From NCBI GenBank assembly GCA_050633245.1, contig JBOEGD010000011.1, positions 64,001 to 128,000 on the forward strand: 64,000 bases of DNA, in the 5' to 3' direction. A program made the position numbers and the translations under genes. A model generated the notes under the pieces. It saw nothing but the letters and a program-made list of their open reading frames with translations, made no database searches and was not told the DNA's origin. Every line of letters begins with the position of its first letter. Position 1 is the first letter of the stretch. This DNA comes from Calditrichia bacterium. Lineage in GTDB: Bacteria > Calditrichota > Calditrichia > RBG-13-44-9 > J075. Of this stretch, positions 1 through 9,900 are shown piece after piece.

Positions 1-669
1 GTAGATTACCACGACGTCTCGATTACTCAAAATACCCGTGCCTCCTATCCAATCGACTATATACCAAATGCGAAGATTCCTTGCATTGGCGGACATCCAA
101 AGAACGTTATTTTGCTCACGTGTGATGCCTTTGGAGTGTTGCCCCCTGTTAGTAAGCTGACTCCGGATCAGGCAATGTATCACTTTATTAGTGGCTACAC
201 TGCCAAGGTTGCCGGAACTGAAATGGGTGTAACCGAACCGGAAGCAACGTTTTCGGCTTGCTTTGGAGCAGCATTTATGGTTTGGCATCCGAGCAAGTAT
301 GCAGAGCTTCTTGCGCAAAAGATGGAGAAGCATGGCAGTACGGCATGGTTGGTGAATACCGGCTGGACTGGCGGGCCGCATGGAGTTGGTTCACGCATTA
401 AGTTACGCTATACACGTGCTATTATCGATGCAATTCACGACGGTACTCTTGCCAGCGTTGAGACCGCAATTGACCCGATTTTTAGTCTTGCTGTTCCGAC
501 ATCCTGCCCGAACGTTCCTGATGAGATACTTATTCCGAAGAACACCTGGACCAATTCTTCTGACTATGACAGTCAGGCGAAGAAGCTCGCAGAGTTGTTC
601 AATAATAACTTTGAGGAATTTAAGGAAGGTTGTAGCCAGTCTATTATTGATGCCGGACCTAAAGGCTAA
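1..669 (+). CDS. pckA: Phosphoenolpyruvate carboxykinase (ATP), C-terminal part (5' end outside window)
   Basis: Frame open from base 1 ([18 protein letters not shown]...[19 protein letters not shown]...[15 protein letters not shown]...FSACFG...LVNTGW); hallmark PCK-ATP motifs. Confidence 0.97.
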   Translation, partial: VDYHDVSITQNTRASYPIDYIPNAKIPCIGGHPKNVILLTCDAFGVLPPVSKLTPDQAMYHFISGYTAKVAGTEMGVTEPEATFSACFGAAFMVWHPSKYAELLAQKMEKHGSTAWLVNTGWTGGPHGVGSRIKLRYTRAIIDAIHDGTLASVETAIDPIFSLAVPTSCPNVPDEILIPKNTWTNSSDYDSQAKKLAELFNNNFEEFKEGCSQSIIDAGPKG

Positions 670-687
670 AATTGCCTGTTGTAAACT

Positions 688-729
688 TAAAGAAGCCGCA
701 CGTTAATCGATTAACGTGCGGCTTCTTTA
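688..729. terminator. Bidirectional intrinsic terminator (perfect 42-bp palindrome)
   Basis: TAAAGAAGCCGCACGTTAATC|GATTAACGTGCGGCTTCTTTA between convergent genes, T-rich downstream on +. Confidence 0.85.
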
Positions 730-753
730 TTTTATTTTAAATGTTCTTCCTGC

Positions 754-2466
754 TTATCTGGTCGTTGCCAATCGAAATGCTGCCATTTCCTGGGCATTAC
801 GCACCAACAAAATGTCGTCTACCAAAACCGGGTGATTCCACGTCTTACCACTAATTGCCGGCACTTCAGCCAGCTGATTCCATTTCTCGGGAGTTGCGGA
901 AGCCAGAGCAAGCTTACCCTTTTCGGAAATAATGACCAACAGATCTTGCTGAGGAAGCAGAAAGAGTTGGCCACTGCCATAGCGACCACCTTTCCAAACT
1001 CGCTTACCATCTTTTAAATCCATACAGGCTAAAATACGTCCATCAATCCCATAGGCATAACCTTCATGAATGACGAAGTCGCTGAAATAAGGTTTTAAAC
1101 GAATGGAGGTATACACTTCTTTTGTTGTCCAGCTGCCCGAGTTTTGTATAATGTTAATGCGCCTTAAGCCGCTCCCCTGATTGACGCTTATCATCACATC
1201 GCCATCACTGGTGATGGCCGGCTGGACAATTGGATAACCGTCCCAGTCGTGTTTCCACAGAAGCTTTCCGCTACCCGGATTTACGCTAACGAGTCCATCC
1301 CCATTAAGTTGAAGAATTTGTCGTACGCCGTCAATGCTTGCCAAATGCGGTGAGCTATAGCCACCGCCGCCTTTCGGACCGTTCCAGATGACCTCACCAC
1401 TAAGCATATCGTATGCAATGATCGCTCCGGAAGCTGCTACATAAACAGTGCTATCGATGACCAAAGGAGAGCCCGAATAACCCCAAGTGGGTGTTTTTGT
1501 CCCGGTGTCATCGCTCGCATTACGAGTCCAGATCTGCTTTCCGGTTGCGGCATTTAGCGCATTTACGATGCCCGTTGCACCTAGCGTAAATACGCGTCCG
1601 GAATGAAGCGTTGGTGTTCCGCGTGGCCCGGCTCCGGCATTGGATTCCCAAAAACGAACGTTGTCTCCATAGCGCCAGACAGGGTCACCTGAACTAAGCC
1701 TGTAGCAGGAAACCATTTCTTCTTCGCCACGTTGTTCCTGAGTAAAAAACACATCGCCTTGCGCTGCAAATGAAGACCAGCCGGGACCGATCTCTTGTCG
1801 CCATATCTCCACAGGTGGATTCGATTGCCAGTCGGTTGAGATGATCTTGTCTGTAATGACTCCATCGCGGTTTGTGCCACGGTAGCCGGCCCACTTAACT
1901 AGGGTGCTATCTGTTATGGCGGCATTTGCCTTCGCCATATGCTCCGCTGAACCTGCAATCAATCTGTCTTCCCGCGTTTCGGACCAGCGCCATGCAAAGT
2001 CGTGTTCTAAATCGCTGGTAAAGCCACCCGTTTGCACCAACGCCCAAAACAAACAAGGTAGGAAAATAGCTGCGGCCATGGTTGCCCAACGCATGTTCCC
2101 ACTAAAACGATCGCTAAAATAAGCCCATAGAACGAAGGATAGCGAAAGTAGTGGAATTGCATAGATTGGAAACATCATTCCCATCATTCCGGTTGCAACT
2201 GAAGCATGAAGTAAAAAGGGGGTTGTTACCATTGCAACGATCATGAGCAGCGCGCCGACCAGGCGCTCTTTCTTTTCAGCCTTGCTAAAAAAGGCCCACC
2301 ATATGAGTATTAGGGCTCCGGCGAGCAGTCCGCCCATAATACCGATTGGTAAAGCCTCAGGGTAGACCATGGGAACAATAAATCTTAAAACCCACTGAGT
2401 GGCAACGATTGCAATCGCCGGCCAAAGACGAAGAGATGTTTGATTAGAAGAGGTATTGGTGTTCAT
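754..2466 (-). CDS. Membrane-anchored PQQ-binding-like (BamB-like) beta-propeller protein
   Basis: N-terminal hydrophobic helices, then WAGYRG.NRDG, GPGWSS, GPRGTP, YSSP, W-repeat blades, C-terminal TWNHPVL; start 2466 (AGGA SD) or 2484. Confidence 0.85.
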   Translation of the reverse strand: MNTNTSSNQTSLRLWPAIAIVATQWVLRFIVPMVYPEALPIGIMGGLLAGALILIWWAFFSKAEKKERLVGALLMIVAMVTTPFLLHASVATGMMGMMFPIYAIPLLSLSFVLWAYFSDRFSGNMRWATMAAAIFLPCLFWALVQTGGFTSDLEHDFAWRWSETREDRLIAGSAEHMAKANAAITDSTLVKWAGYRGTNRDGVITDKIISTDWQSNPPVEIWRQEIGPGWSSFAAQGDVFFTQEQRGEEEMVSCYRLSSGDPVWRYGDNVRFWESNAGAGPRGTPTLHSGRVFTLGATGIVNALNAATGKQIWTRNASDDTGTKTPTWGYSGSPLVIDSTVYVAASGAIIAYDMLSGEVIWNGPKGGGGYSSPHLASIDGVRQILQLNGDGLVSVNPGSGKLLWKHDWDGYPIVQPAITSDGDVMISVNQGSGLRRINIIQNSGSWTTKEVYTSIRLKPYFSDFVIHEGYAYGIDGRILACMDLKDGKRVWKGGRYGSGQLFLLPQQDLLVIISEKGKLALASATPEKWNQLAEVPAISGKTWNHPVLVDDILLVRNAQEMAAFRLATTR

Positions 2467-2576
2467 AAGATGTTCCTGTTTCATAAATAGGATGTAGTTT
2501 CATTCGCTTAGCTTACGGGATCTCGATGGCTATGTTACTGTTAAAATATCGAAATCTGCCGAACCCGAATTTCTTG

Positions 2577-2605
2577 TACGAATTGGTAGATGAATTCGGT
2601 TTACA
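2577..2605 (-). promoter_or_regulatory. Candidate ECF-sigma promoter
   Basis: Minus strand TGTAAACC-N17-CGTA about 110 nt upstream of the beta-propeller gene. Confidence 0.3.
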
Positions 2606-2752
2606 TTTTAATAAAATGTAGTGAATTTTCTATGATTTAACAATTTCTATGGTGGGATTGCGGACATTGGTTAATTGGATGGACACATCATGGAATCGGC
2701 CTGCCAATGGCTATCGTGCAAGGCACAACACCTTTTGGCAGGCTTTTTTCCG

Positions 2753-3496
2753 TTAAGTCTGTTTTTCGAAAACAAAGGCTCTGTTGCGGAAAATCGTGGA
2801 GTTTGGAAAATAGCCGCAATCCTTATAGAACAACATTTTAAAGCCAAGCCTTTCGGCGGTTGCTATGATGTCGGCGTCTACAATTCCCCATTGCCAGATG
2901 TGGTGCACATCCCGCCACGGACGATTATGGTGGGGGTGAATGTCATTAATTTTATCAAAAAGAGTGGCATAAACCGGATTGCCCAATGCTCCCGGAACAG
3001 TATTCAGATATGTTTCCGGGCCCAGATCCAGAAGGCGTGTCGTTTCCTGCCCTGGCCACTGCTGGTTTAAGATTACCAAATAGCGGGTTCTGTCGGCATA
3101 CATCTCCATAACGTCATCCCAATGTGGATTCACCTGATGTAAAAGCACATCAAACATAAATACTGCATCTACTTTCCCAACTTGTTGTGCGACGAGCGGG
3201 TTTCCAAAATTGCCTTCAATGCACTGTAAGTTGCTTAGCTGATCTGCTGCTGCTTTTACTCTATCGTTAAAATGTGTGTCTACCAGACATGCCCGTTCTA
3301 CATGATGTTTGCGAAGGGCATACAAGGTATAAGCGCCATCGACCCCCCAGACGCCACCTAGATCGGCAAAAGACTTCGCTCCGGGTGAACAGCGAGAAAA
3401 TACATAGTCGATGATCTCTGCTTTATCATAGTTGAATTTTATCGTTTTGCCCTGTTGCGGCAGAATGGCGGCGTTCTGAATGTCGGTGGTGATCAT
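2753..3496 (-). CDS. Class I SAM-dependent methyltransferase-like protein
   Basis: Motif I-like FADLGGVWG, acidic end of beta2 (LVD), VDAVFMFDVLLHQ; SD GGAG upstream. Confidence 0.7.
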   Translation of the reverse strand: MITTDIQNAAILPQQGKTIKFNYDKAEIIDYVFSRCSPGAKSFADLGGVWGVDGAYTLYALRKHHVERACLVDTHFNDRVKAAADQLSNLQCIEGNFGNPLVAQQVGKVDAVFMFDVLLHQVNPHWDDVMEMYADRTRYLVILNQQWPGQETTRLLDLGPETYLNTVPGALGNPVYATLFDKINDIHPHHNRPWRDVHHIWQWGIVDADIIATAERLGFKMLFYKDCGYFPNSTIFRNRAFVFEKQT

Positions 3497-3611
3497 CTCA
3501 CTCTCCCTGAGTAAAAAAATGTGATTGGTAATCGTTTGTATGCAAACGTTCGAATCGATGACCGAGTCAATCCGGTCTAAAAGCGTATTTCAAATTTTAT
3601 TGGTATCGTTA

Positions 3612-3638
3612 GTATCGGTTCAGCGACAGTTTAGTTTA
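3612..3638 (-). promoter_or_regulatory. Candidate sigma28 (FliA)-type promoter
   Basis: Minus strand TAAA-N15-ACCGATAC versus consensus TAAA-N15-GCCGATAA, ~115 nt upstream of the methyltransferase. Confidence 0.4.
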
Positions 3639-3899
3639 ATGAAGGTCTGATTTTTATACTGTTTTTGGGTGAGATATTCAAATGGTAGCCAAACTCCTCG
3701 GATTAGAAAGGATGCAGCCTATGTAATGATGAGTCGATAATAGAGGTTATGCGTACTGGGACCTCCCCACATTTCTTGTATGCCAAAACCCGGTGCTTAG
3801 AGAAAGCGCTTTGCAAGATTGTCAAGCTGCGGGGCTTGTGAGGATTAACCCCTTGAAGGAGTTTGCACGACATTGCTGAACTCAATCACACTGAAGATT

Positions 3900-5798
3900 T
3901 CAATCCTTTGTTCGCATTATCAGCAATATCGCGGATGTAGCAGGGAGCGTAATATTTCCCTCTGTTAAATCGTACGTTGCTTCTGTTAAAACGTTTTTTG
4001 CTGAGCTGAATTTTTTTAGAATTTCGCTATAGGGAGTAAGGTCTACAATTTTGTCTTTCGTGTTCTTATTAAAGATGGACATGGTGGTTGTGGTTTCGTC
4101 GTGTCTAAAAAATACGTACACCTCATTTCGCGGAGCGAAGTGTGTGAGTTTGCCATTGTGCAAAACTTTGGTGTTTTTTCTGAAGTGTATCAGCTTACGC
4201 ATAAAAGCTTTTATATTGCGTTGTTCCTCTGTAAGACCAGCTCCTGTAAAGGCATTTATGCTGTCGTTCTTCCAGCCACCCGGCATGTCTGCGCGAATAA
4301 GAGAGTGATCGCGCGGGATTTCTGTATTACTCATTAGAACTTCAGTACCGTAAAAAATCTGCGGTATGCCTCGTGTAGTGAATAAATAGATCATGCCCAT
4401 TTTAAATAGGTTGATATTCTCATTTACCTGATTTATAAAACGTGGCATATCGTGATTGTCCAGAAAGACTACCAGATTGTACGGATCTGAGTACAAAAAA
4501 TCGTTTGCCAACATCTCGTAGACCGGGTTAAATGTATTGGAATATGGTCTGGCTTCACCGTTTAGCGATGATATGAGAGCGCTTTGCAGTGGAAAGTCCA
4601 TTAGTGAGGGCAAAAACGATTCAATGCCTCCATTGTTCGGCACGCCAGCCTGCCATCGTGAAACAATGATCGGGTTTTCAGACCACTCTTCTCCGACAAT
4701 ATTGAAGTTCGGATATTCTTCCATCACTCGCCGGGACCACGTTGCCATAAAGTCGGCATCCGGGTAGGGATAGGTATCTTGCCTCACCCCGCCGATATTC
4801 GCGTATTCAATCCACCAAATTGAATTCTGAATAAGATAGTTCGCCAGCAAGGGGTTTTTCTGATTTAAGTCCGGCATAATTGTATCGAACCATCCATCAG
4901 TATGCATTTGTTTATCTATATCTGACGCATATGGATCGGTAATGGTCGTGCGCTTGTGAGTAGAGTATGGCTTCTTTTCACTACCCTGATAGTTATACCA
5001 ATCACTCGTTGGCTCATCGCCAGTCCACCAATGAAACAGTCCACAGTGATTGGCAATCATATCCATAACCAGCAGAATTCCACGCTTTTTTGCCTCGGCC
5101 GATAGTCTCTTATAGTCTGCATTTGAACCAAAACGTTCATCTACCTTATAGTAGTTTGTTGTTGCATAGCCGTGGTAGGAATAGCGCTCCATATTGTTCT
5201 CGAGTAGTGGATTCAGCCATAGCGCGGTAAATCCCATATCCTGAATATAATCGAGATGATCAATCAATCCCTGGATATCTCCACCGTGCCTGCCACCTTT
5301 ATTGGTTCGATCCGACTTTTCGCGCATCCATTGAACGGTGTCATTCGATTCATCGCCATTGGCAAATCTATCAGGTGTCACAAGATACATAATGTCTTTA
5401 TTTGAAAACCCGCGGCGCAGTTTAGACTGTTTGTCTCGTGCTAGCAGTTGATAGGAATATGAAAAAACGGTGTTTTGCTCATTGTCCTTGAATTCAATCG
5501 GAAACGTTCCGGGTTTAACGTCTTTCTCAAGCTTTATATTTAGAAAGAGATAGTTGGGGTTTTCAACCATCGCTACGTTTTCCAGAGTAACACCTTCGTA
5601 GCTAAGTGAGGGGGTTAAGCCGTTAATTTTTTTGCCATGAACCAGCAGTTGCAGTTGGGAACTTGTCATTCCTGCCCACCAAAAGGGCGGCTCTATTTTA
5701 TCTATAATGGGCTTTTCTTGGGCAGCACAAATTGGCAGTATAGCATAAGCGAACAGCAGAATTAAGGCACTAACTCTTCCGGTCATTCCAGATGGCAT
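3900..5798 (-). CDS. Secreted GH13 cyclomaltodextrinase/neopullulanase (SusA-like)
   Basis: Signal peptide, IEPPFWWAGM N-domain, PDRFANGD, GGDIQG, YHGY, DMIANH, GVRQDT, GEEW, FLDNHD; start 5798 with AAGGAG SD. Confidence 0.92.
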   Translation of the reverse strand: MPSGMTGRVSALILLFAYAILPICAAQEKPIIDKIEPPFWWAGMTSSQLQLLVHGKKINGLTPSLSYEGVTLENVAMVENPNYLFLNIKLEKDVKPGTFPIEFKDNEQNTVFSYSYQLLARDKQSKLRRGFSNKDIMYLVTPDRFANGDESNDTVQWMREKSDRTNKGGRHGGDIQGLIDHLDYIQDMGFTALWLNPLLENNMERYSYHGYATTNYYKVDERFGSNADYKRLSAEAKKRGILLVMDMIANHCGLFHWWTGDEPTSDWYNYQGSEKKPYSTHKRTTITDPYASDIDKQMHTDGWFDTIMPDLNQKNPLLANYLIQNSIWWIEYANIGGVRQDTYPYPDADFMATWSRRVMEEYPNFNIVGEEWSENPIIVSRWQAGVPNNGGIESFLPSLMDFPLQSALISSLNGEARPYSNTFNPVYEMLANDFLYSDPYNLVVFLDNHDMPRFINQVNENINLFKMGMIYLFTTRGIPQIFYGTEVLMSNTEIPRDHSLIRADMPGGWKNDSINAFTGAGLTEEQRNIKAFMRKLIHFRKNTKVLHNGKLTHFAPRNEVYVFFRHDETTTTMSIFNKNTKDKIVDLTPYSEILKKFSSAKNVLTEATYDLTEGNITLPATSAILLIMRTKD

Positions 5799-5909
5799 TT
5801 TTACGTCTCCTTGAATGTTTTCTATCTGCATAAGATTAACGATGTATTGTCAAAATGAAAAGGGGTAGTGCAAGAATTGGGAAATTGGGGTTAGGGAACA
5901 TGTGAAAGT

Positions 5910-6641
5910 TTAAGTGCGAGCTACCTCATCCAGAGTGCTTACTGTTTCCATTGTCGTCGAATCATTGTCGAGGGAAGCAGAATAGGCATGAAATGAGACA
6001 TTGCCTTGGTCGATTGGCAGCGCTTTTGTCAATGCCCGAATTGCAGACCTGTTAATTCCGCCACCGATTACAATTTCTATTTGCCTGTTCGAAGCTTCTA
6101 TGAGGCGTGAGAGTTTTTGCTTGCCTTTGGTAGCCGGTTGGCGCCCTTGCCAATTGGTGCCGCTTGTTAGAACCCGGTCTACCCCAAAGTCAATCAGAAT
6201 TTGCAGTGCTTCGAAGGCGTCCGGTGTAGCATCAAACGCTCGATGGAAAGTTGTCGTGAGATTGTTTTTCCGACTTAGATTAACGAGGATATCGAGAGCC
6301 GGTAAGCTGAGACGGAAATCTGTTTTCTGCAGGACCCCAAATACAACGCCGTCTGCTCTGATTGCTGCGGCCATCTCAATTTGTTGTTTCATTAGGGTCA
6401 GCTCACTGGTTGAATAGCAGAAGTTGTCGGCTCGTGGACGAATCATGACCATCAGCCCCGGACGGTCTTTAAAAGCTTTGCGAGCTTCAGAAATATGCTC
6501 TTTGCCGGGCGTTAATCCATCTAAATGCATGGCCGCACAAAGCTCAACACGCGCGGCTCCACCGTAGTAAGCAGCCGATACGGCATCATATACGCTCTGA
6601 GGACCATCACAGTTTATGCAGATTTCAAGGTCAACTTTCAT
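5910..6641 (-). CDS. cutC: Copper homeostasis protein CutC family (TIM barrel)
   Basis: LEIC, GAARVELC, GLTP, VMIRPR, ADGVVFG, TFHRAFD, RVLTSG, GGGI motifs. Confidence 0.92.
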   Translation of the reverse strand: MKVDLEICINCDGPQSVYDAVSAAYYGGAARVELCAAMHLDGLTPGKEHISEARKAFKDRPGLMVMIRPRADNFCYSTSELTLMKQQIEMAAAIRADGVVFGVLQKTDFRLSLPALDILVNLSRKNNLTTTFHRAFDATPDAFEALQILIDFGVDRVLTSGTNWQGRQPATKGKQKLSRLIEASNRQIEIVIGGGINRSAIRALTKALPIDQGNVSFHAYSASLDNDSTTMETVSTLDEVART

Positions 6642-6981
6642 TATACTCTTTCTGAATATCTGAATTAGTAATTCCATCAAAGATAAAAAATATGAGTTGT
6701 TTGGAATAATGCAATTAATCACATGGATTTTTAAGGGAACTGCTTACTTGTTGTGGATTAGTAAAGAATTATGTAAAAACTTAAACCTCATCAAATTCAG
6801 TTGTTCATTTGGTGCTGTTTTTACGTAAGATTGACCACCTCTTTGGATAGGTTCTCGGGATGGGGATTTACCCACAAAAAAATTCATCCGTTTGCTGGAC
6901 GATACTTATGGTCTTTTGAAATAGACTCTAAGCCCTCCTGCACCAATTTGAATCGGATAAGAACGAGAGGTTTAAAAACTC

Positions 6982-9900
6982 TTGAAAATTTCCTGCCTGG
7001 CTATATGCAACGTACGCGGAACCTCATGGCTAATGCTTCTTCAAGCATTGTTATATTCTTTCCACTTCTCATTTGGCGGCAACTTTGTTTTTGCTCAAAC
7101 AATTGTTCAAGAGTCTGATAACCGTGGAAGAGAAGCCGGCGTTCCTTTTATAACGACCTTTGATGCGAAAGTGTATGGTGGCGATCAACAAAATTGGGAC
7201 ATAATTCAGGATGAGCGTGGCATTATGTATGTCGCCAATCAGTTTTGCCTTCTCGAATACGATGCTGTGGAGTGGAGGCAAATATATCCAGGATCAAAAA
7301 TGTCGGTACGATCCCTGGCAAAAGATTCCTCTGGACGCATTTGGTTAGGTGCTGCGAAGGACTTTGGTTATCTGGCTGCCGATTCAACCGGCTCTTTGCA
7401 GTTACAGTCACAATTAGAACTTTTACCTGAGGAGCTACGTGTAACCGAGCAGCGCTGGTCAGTCGCGGTCACCTCAGAAGATATATATTTCTATACCGAG
7501 AATTTGATCCTTAGGTGGTCAGATAATGCAGAAATTGTAGCCATTCAATATCCTGTAGGCGGTATAGATAAGGCCTTTGTTATTGCAGATCAACTGTATC
7601 TTCGTCAGCCGGGTCTTGGGTTGCATAGACTGGAAGGAGATTCACTGGTCTCTATTCCGGGTGGAGAACAGTTTGCTGATATCAAGGCTCTCTTCGTACT
7701 GCCGCATCCCCAAAGCAATGTAAATCCTGCTACAAAACAGTTCTTGGTTGGGACTCCCCGCAATGGTCTTTTTGAATACGACGGCGTTAATTTTCGCCGC
7801 TTTCAAACTGAGGCAGATGCCTATCTGGCAGAGAATGATCTTATTTGTGGCGTAGTTCTTCCTAATGGTGATTTCGTATTTGGAACGCGTCACGGAGGGA
7901 TAGTCAGCACCGACCACCTTGGAGAGCTGTTGCTTATCCGGAACAAAGAGAACGGGCTTCCAAACAATACTGTTTACAATTTGTATTCCGATCGTGAAGG
8001 GGGACTTTGGCTGGCTTTGAATAAGGGGCTGGCAAAGATTGAATTAAATAGCCCATTAACCGGTTACGACATGACCCCATCGTTAAAAAGTGGAGTTACC
8101 GGGATGGTGCGGCATCGGGGAAAGTTATACGTGTCAACTGCTGAAGGAGTCTTTTGGTTGGAGCCTGGGCAGTCTGGTGCACTCCCGAAGTTCATGCCTG
8201 TTGAAGGAAAGGAGAACCTTTGTGGTGTTTTGCTTTCTGTCGAAAGCCAGTTGTTTGTGGTAAGTGTATCAGGCCTTTATGTAATCGAGGATTATCGTGC
8301 TCGCATGTTTTACCCGCGAGATAAAGTTCATATTCTCTGGGTTTACCGTTCGAGATTCGATTCAAGTCGGGTTTATCTGGGACTGCGAGGTGGATTGGCC
8401 TGGATGCAGAAAATCGATGGAAAATGGACATTTAGTGATCCGATTCCGAGAATAAGTGAGATTGTCGAAGGAATAGCCGAAGAGAGTGCGAATGTACTGT
8501 GGTTAACCACTCGTTACGGCACGGCGACCCGGGTTAGTGCACCCTTTGCCCGGAAGCCCTTCCATGCCGATTCCGGAGAGATCGTTATTGAAAAATTTAA
8601 TGAGACACACGGGCTTGGTAAGAGCTGGGTTGAAGGAACGCTTATCCGGGATAAGTTGTTGTTTGTAACGCACAACGGGCTGAGGCGATTTGATCAGGAC
8701 AGTCGCACATTTCTACCCGAACCCATTTTTAACGGGCTCTTTACTGATTCTTCTCGTGTTTTGAGCGGTAAATTCTTTGACCTCGACAATCGGGGGCGGC
8801 TCTGGACAGCGCGATCCGGATCCGAAATCGGCATGGCTGCTATCGGTGAGGACGGCAAATACAAATGGAATCCCGAGCCTTTTCACCGGATAGAAGATTT
8901 TGGAGAAGTCTGGATTTTCTATATCGATGAGAAGGTCCCGGGCGTTTACTGGTTTGGCGGTGCGGATGGTGTTATGCGTTATGATGACTCCATTGCGAAG
9001 AATTATAGTACCCGTTATCCAGCCTTGATTCGGCGGCTTATCGTGAATGGAGATTCAATCTTATATGATGGGGCTGAGATCGACGGTAGTGATGGCATTA
9101 AATCACTCACCTTGTCGTATGAGGACAATACGATACGATTGGATTTTGCTGCACCCTATTTCGACAAAAATGAATCGAATGAATACCAATTCTTTCTTGA
9201 GGGCTTTGACAGCGATTGGTCGCATTGGACGCATGAAACTATGGTAGACTATCGACAATTGCCCGAAGGTCGCTACACGTTTCATGTTCGTGCCAGAAAC
9301 GTTTATAAACAGGACGGCCAGGAGACACAGTTTCGATTTGAAATTCAGCCACCCTGGTATCGTAGCTGGTGGAGTTATATGCTCTATGCATGCCTCTTGC
9401 TAGGTTTTTTCTACTTTTTAAGACGATATGAAATGAGCCGCCAGCGCTTTAAATATCAGGCTGAACTGGAGAAGGTAGAAAGTGAGAAACTAAAAGAATT
9501 GGATACGATAAAATCGGATTTCTTTGCCAATATTTCGCATGAATTTCGGACACCCTTGACGCTGATTCTGGGGCCCGCTGAACAATTGGTGGAAGAAAAT
9601 AATGGCTCTGTACAAAAAAAAGCCAACTTGATTCGTCGCAATGCTCAACGACTTCTGCAATTGACAAATCAAATACAAGACCTGTCCAAACTTGAGAGTG
9701 GTGGGCTACCGCTAAAGGTTCGGCAAGGAGACTTTGTCGCTTTCCTAAAGGGTCTGACGATGTCTTTTGAATCGCTTGCTGCGAACAAGCAGATAGATTT
9801 GCGCTTTGATTCTAATAACCCACAGAGCGTAAATTATTTTGATCAGGATAAAATCGAGAAAATTTTTTCTAACCTATTATCGAATGCGCTAAAATTTACT

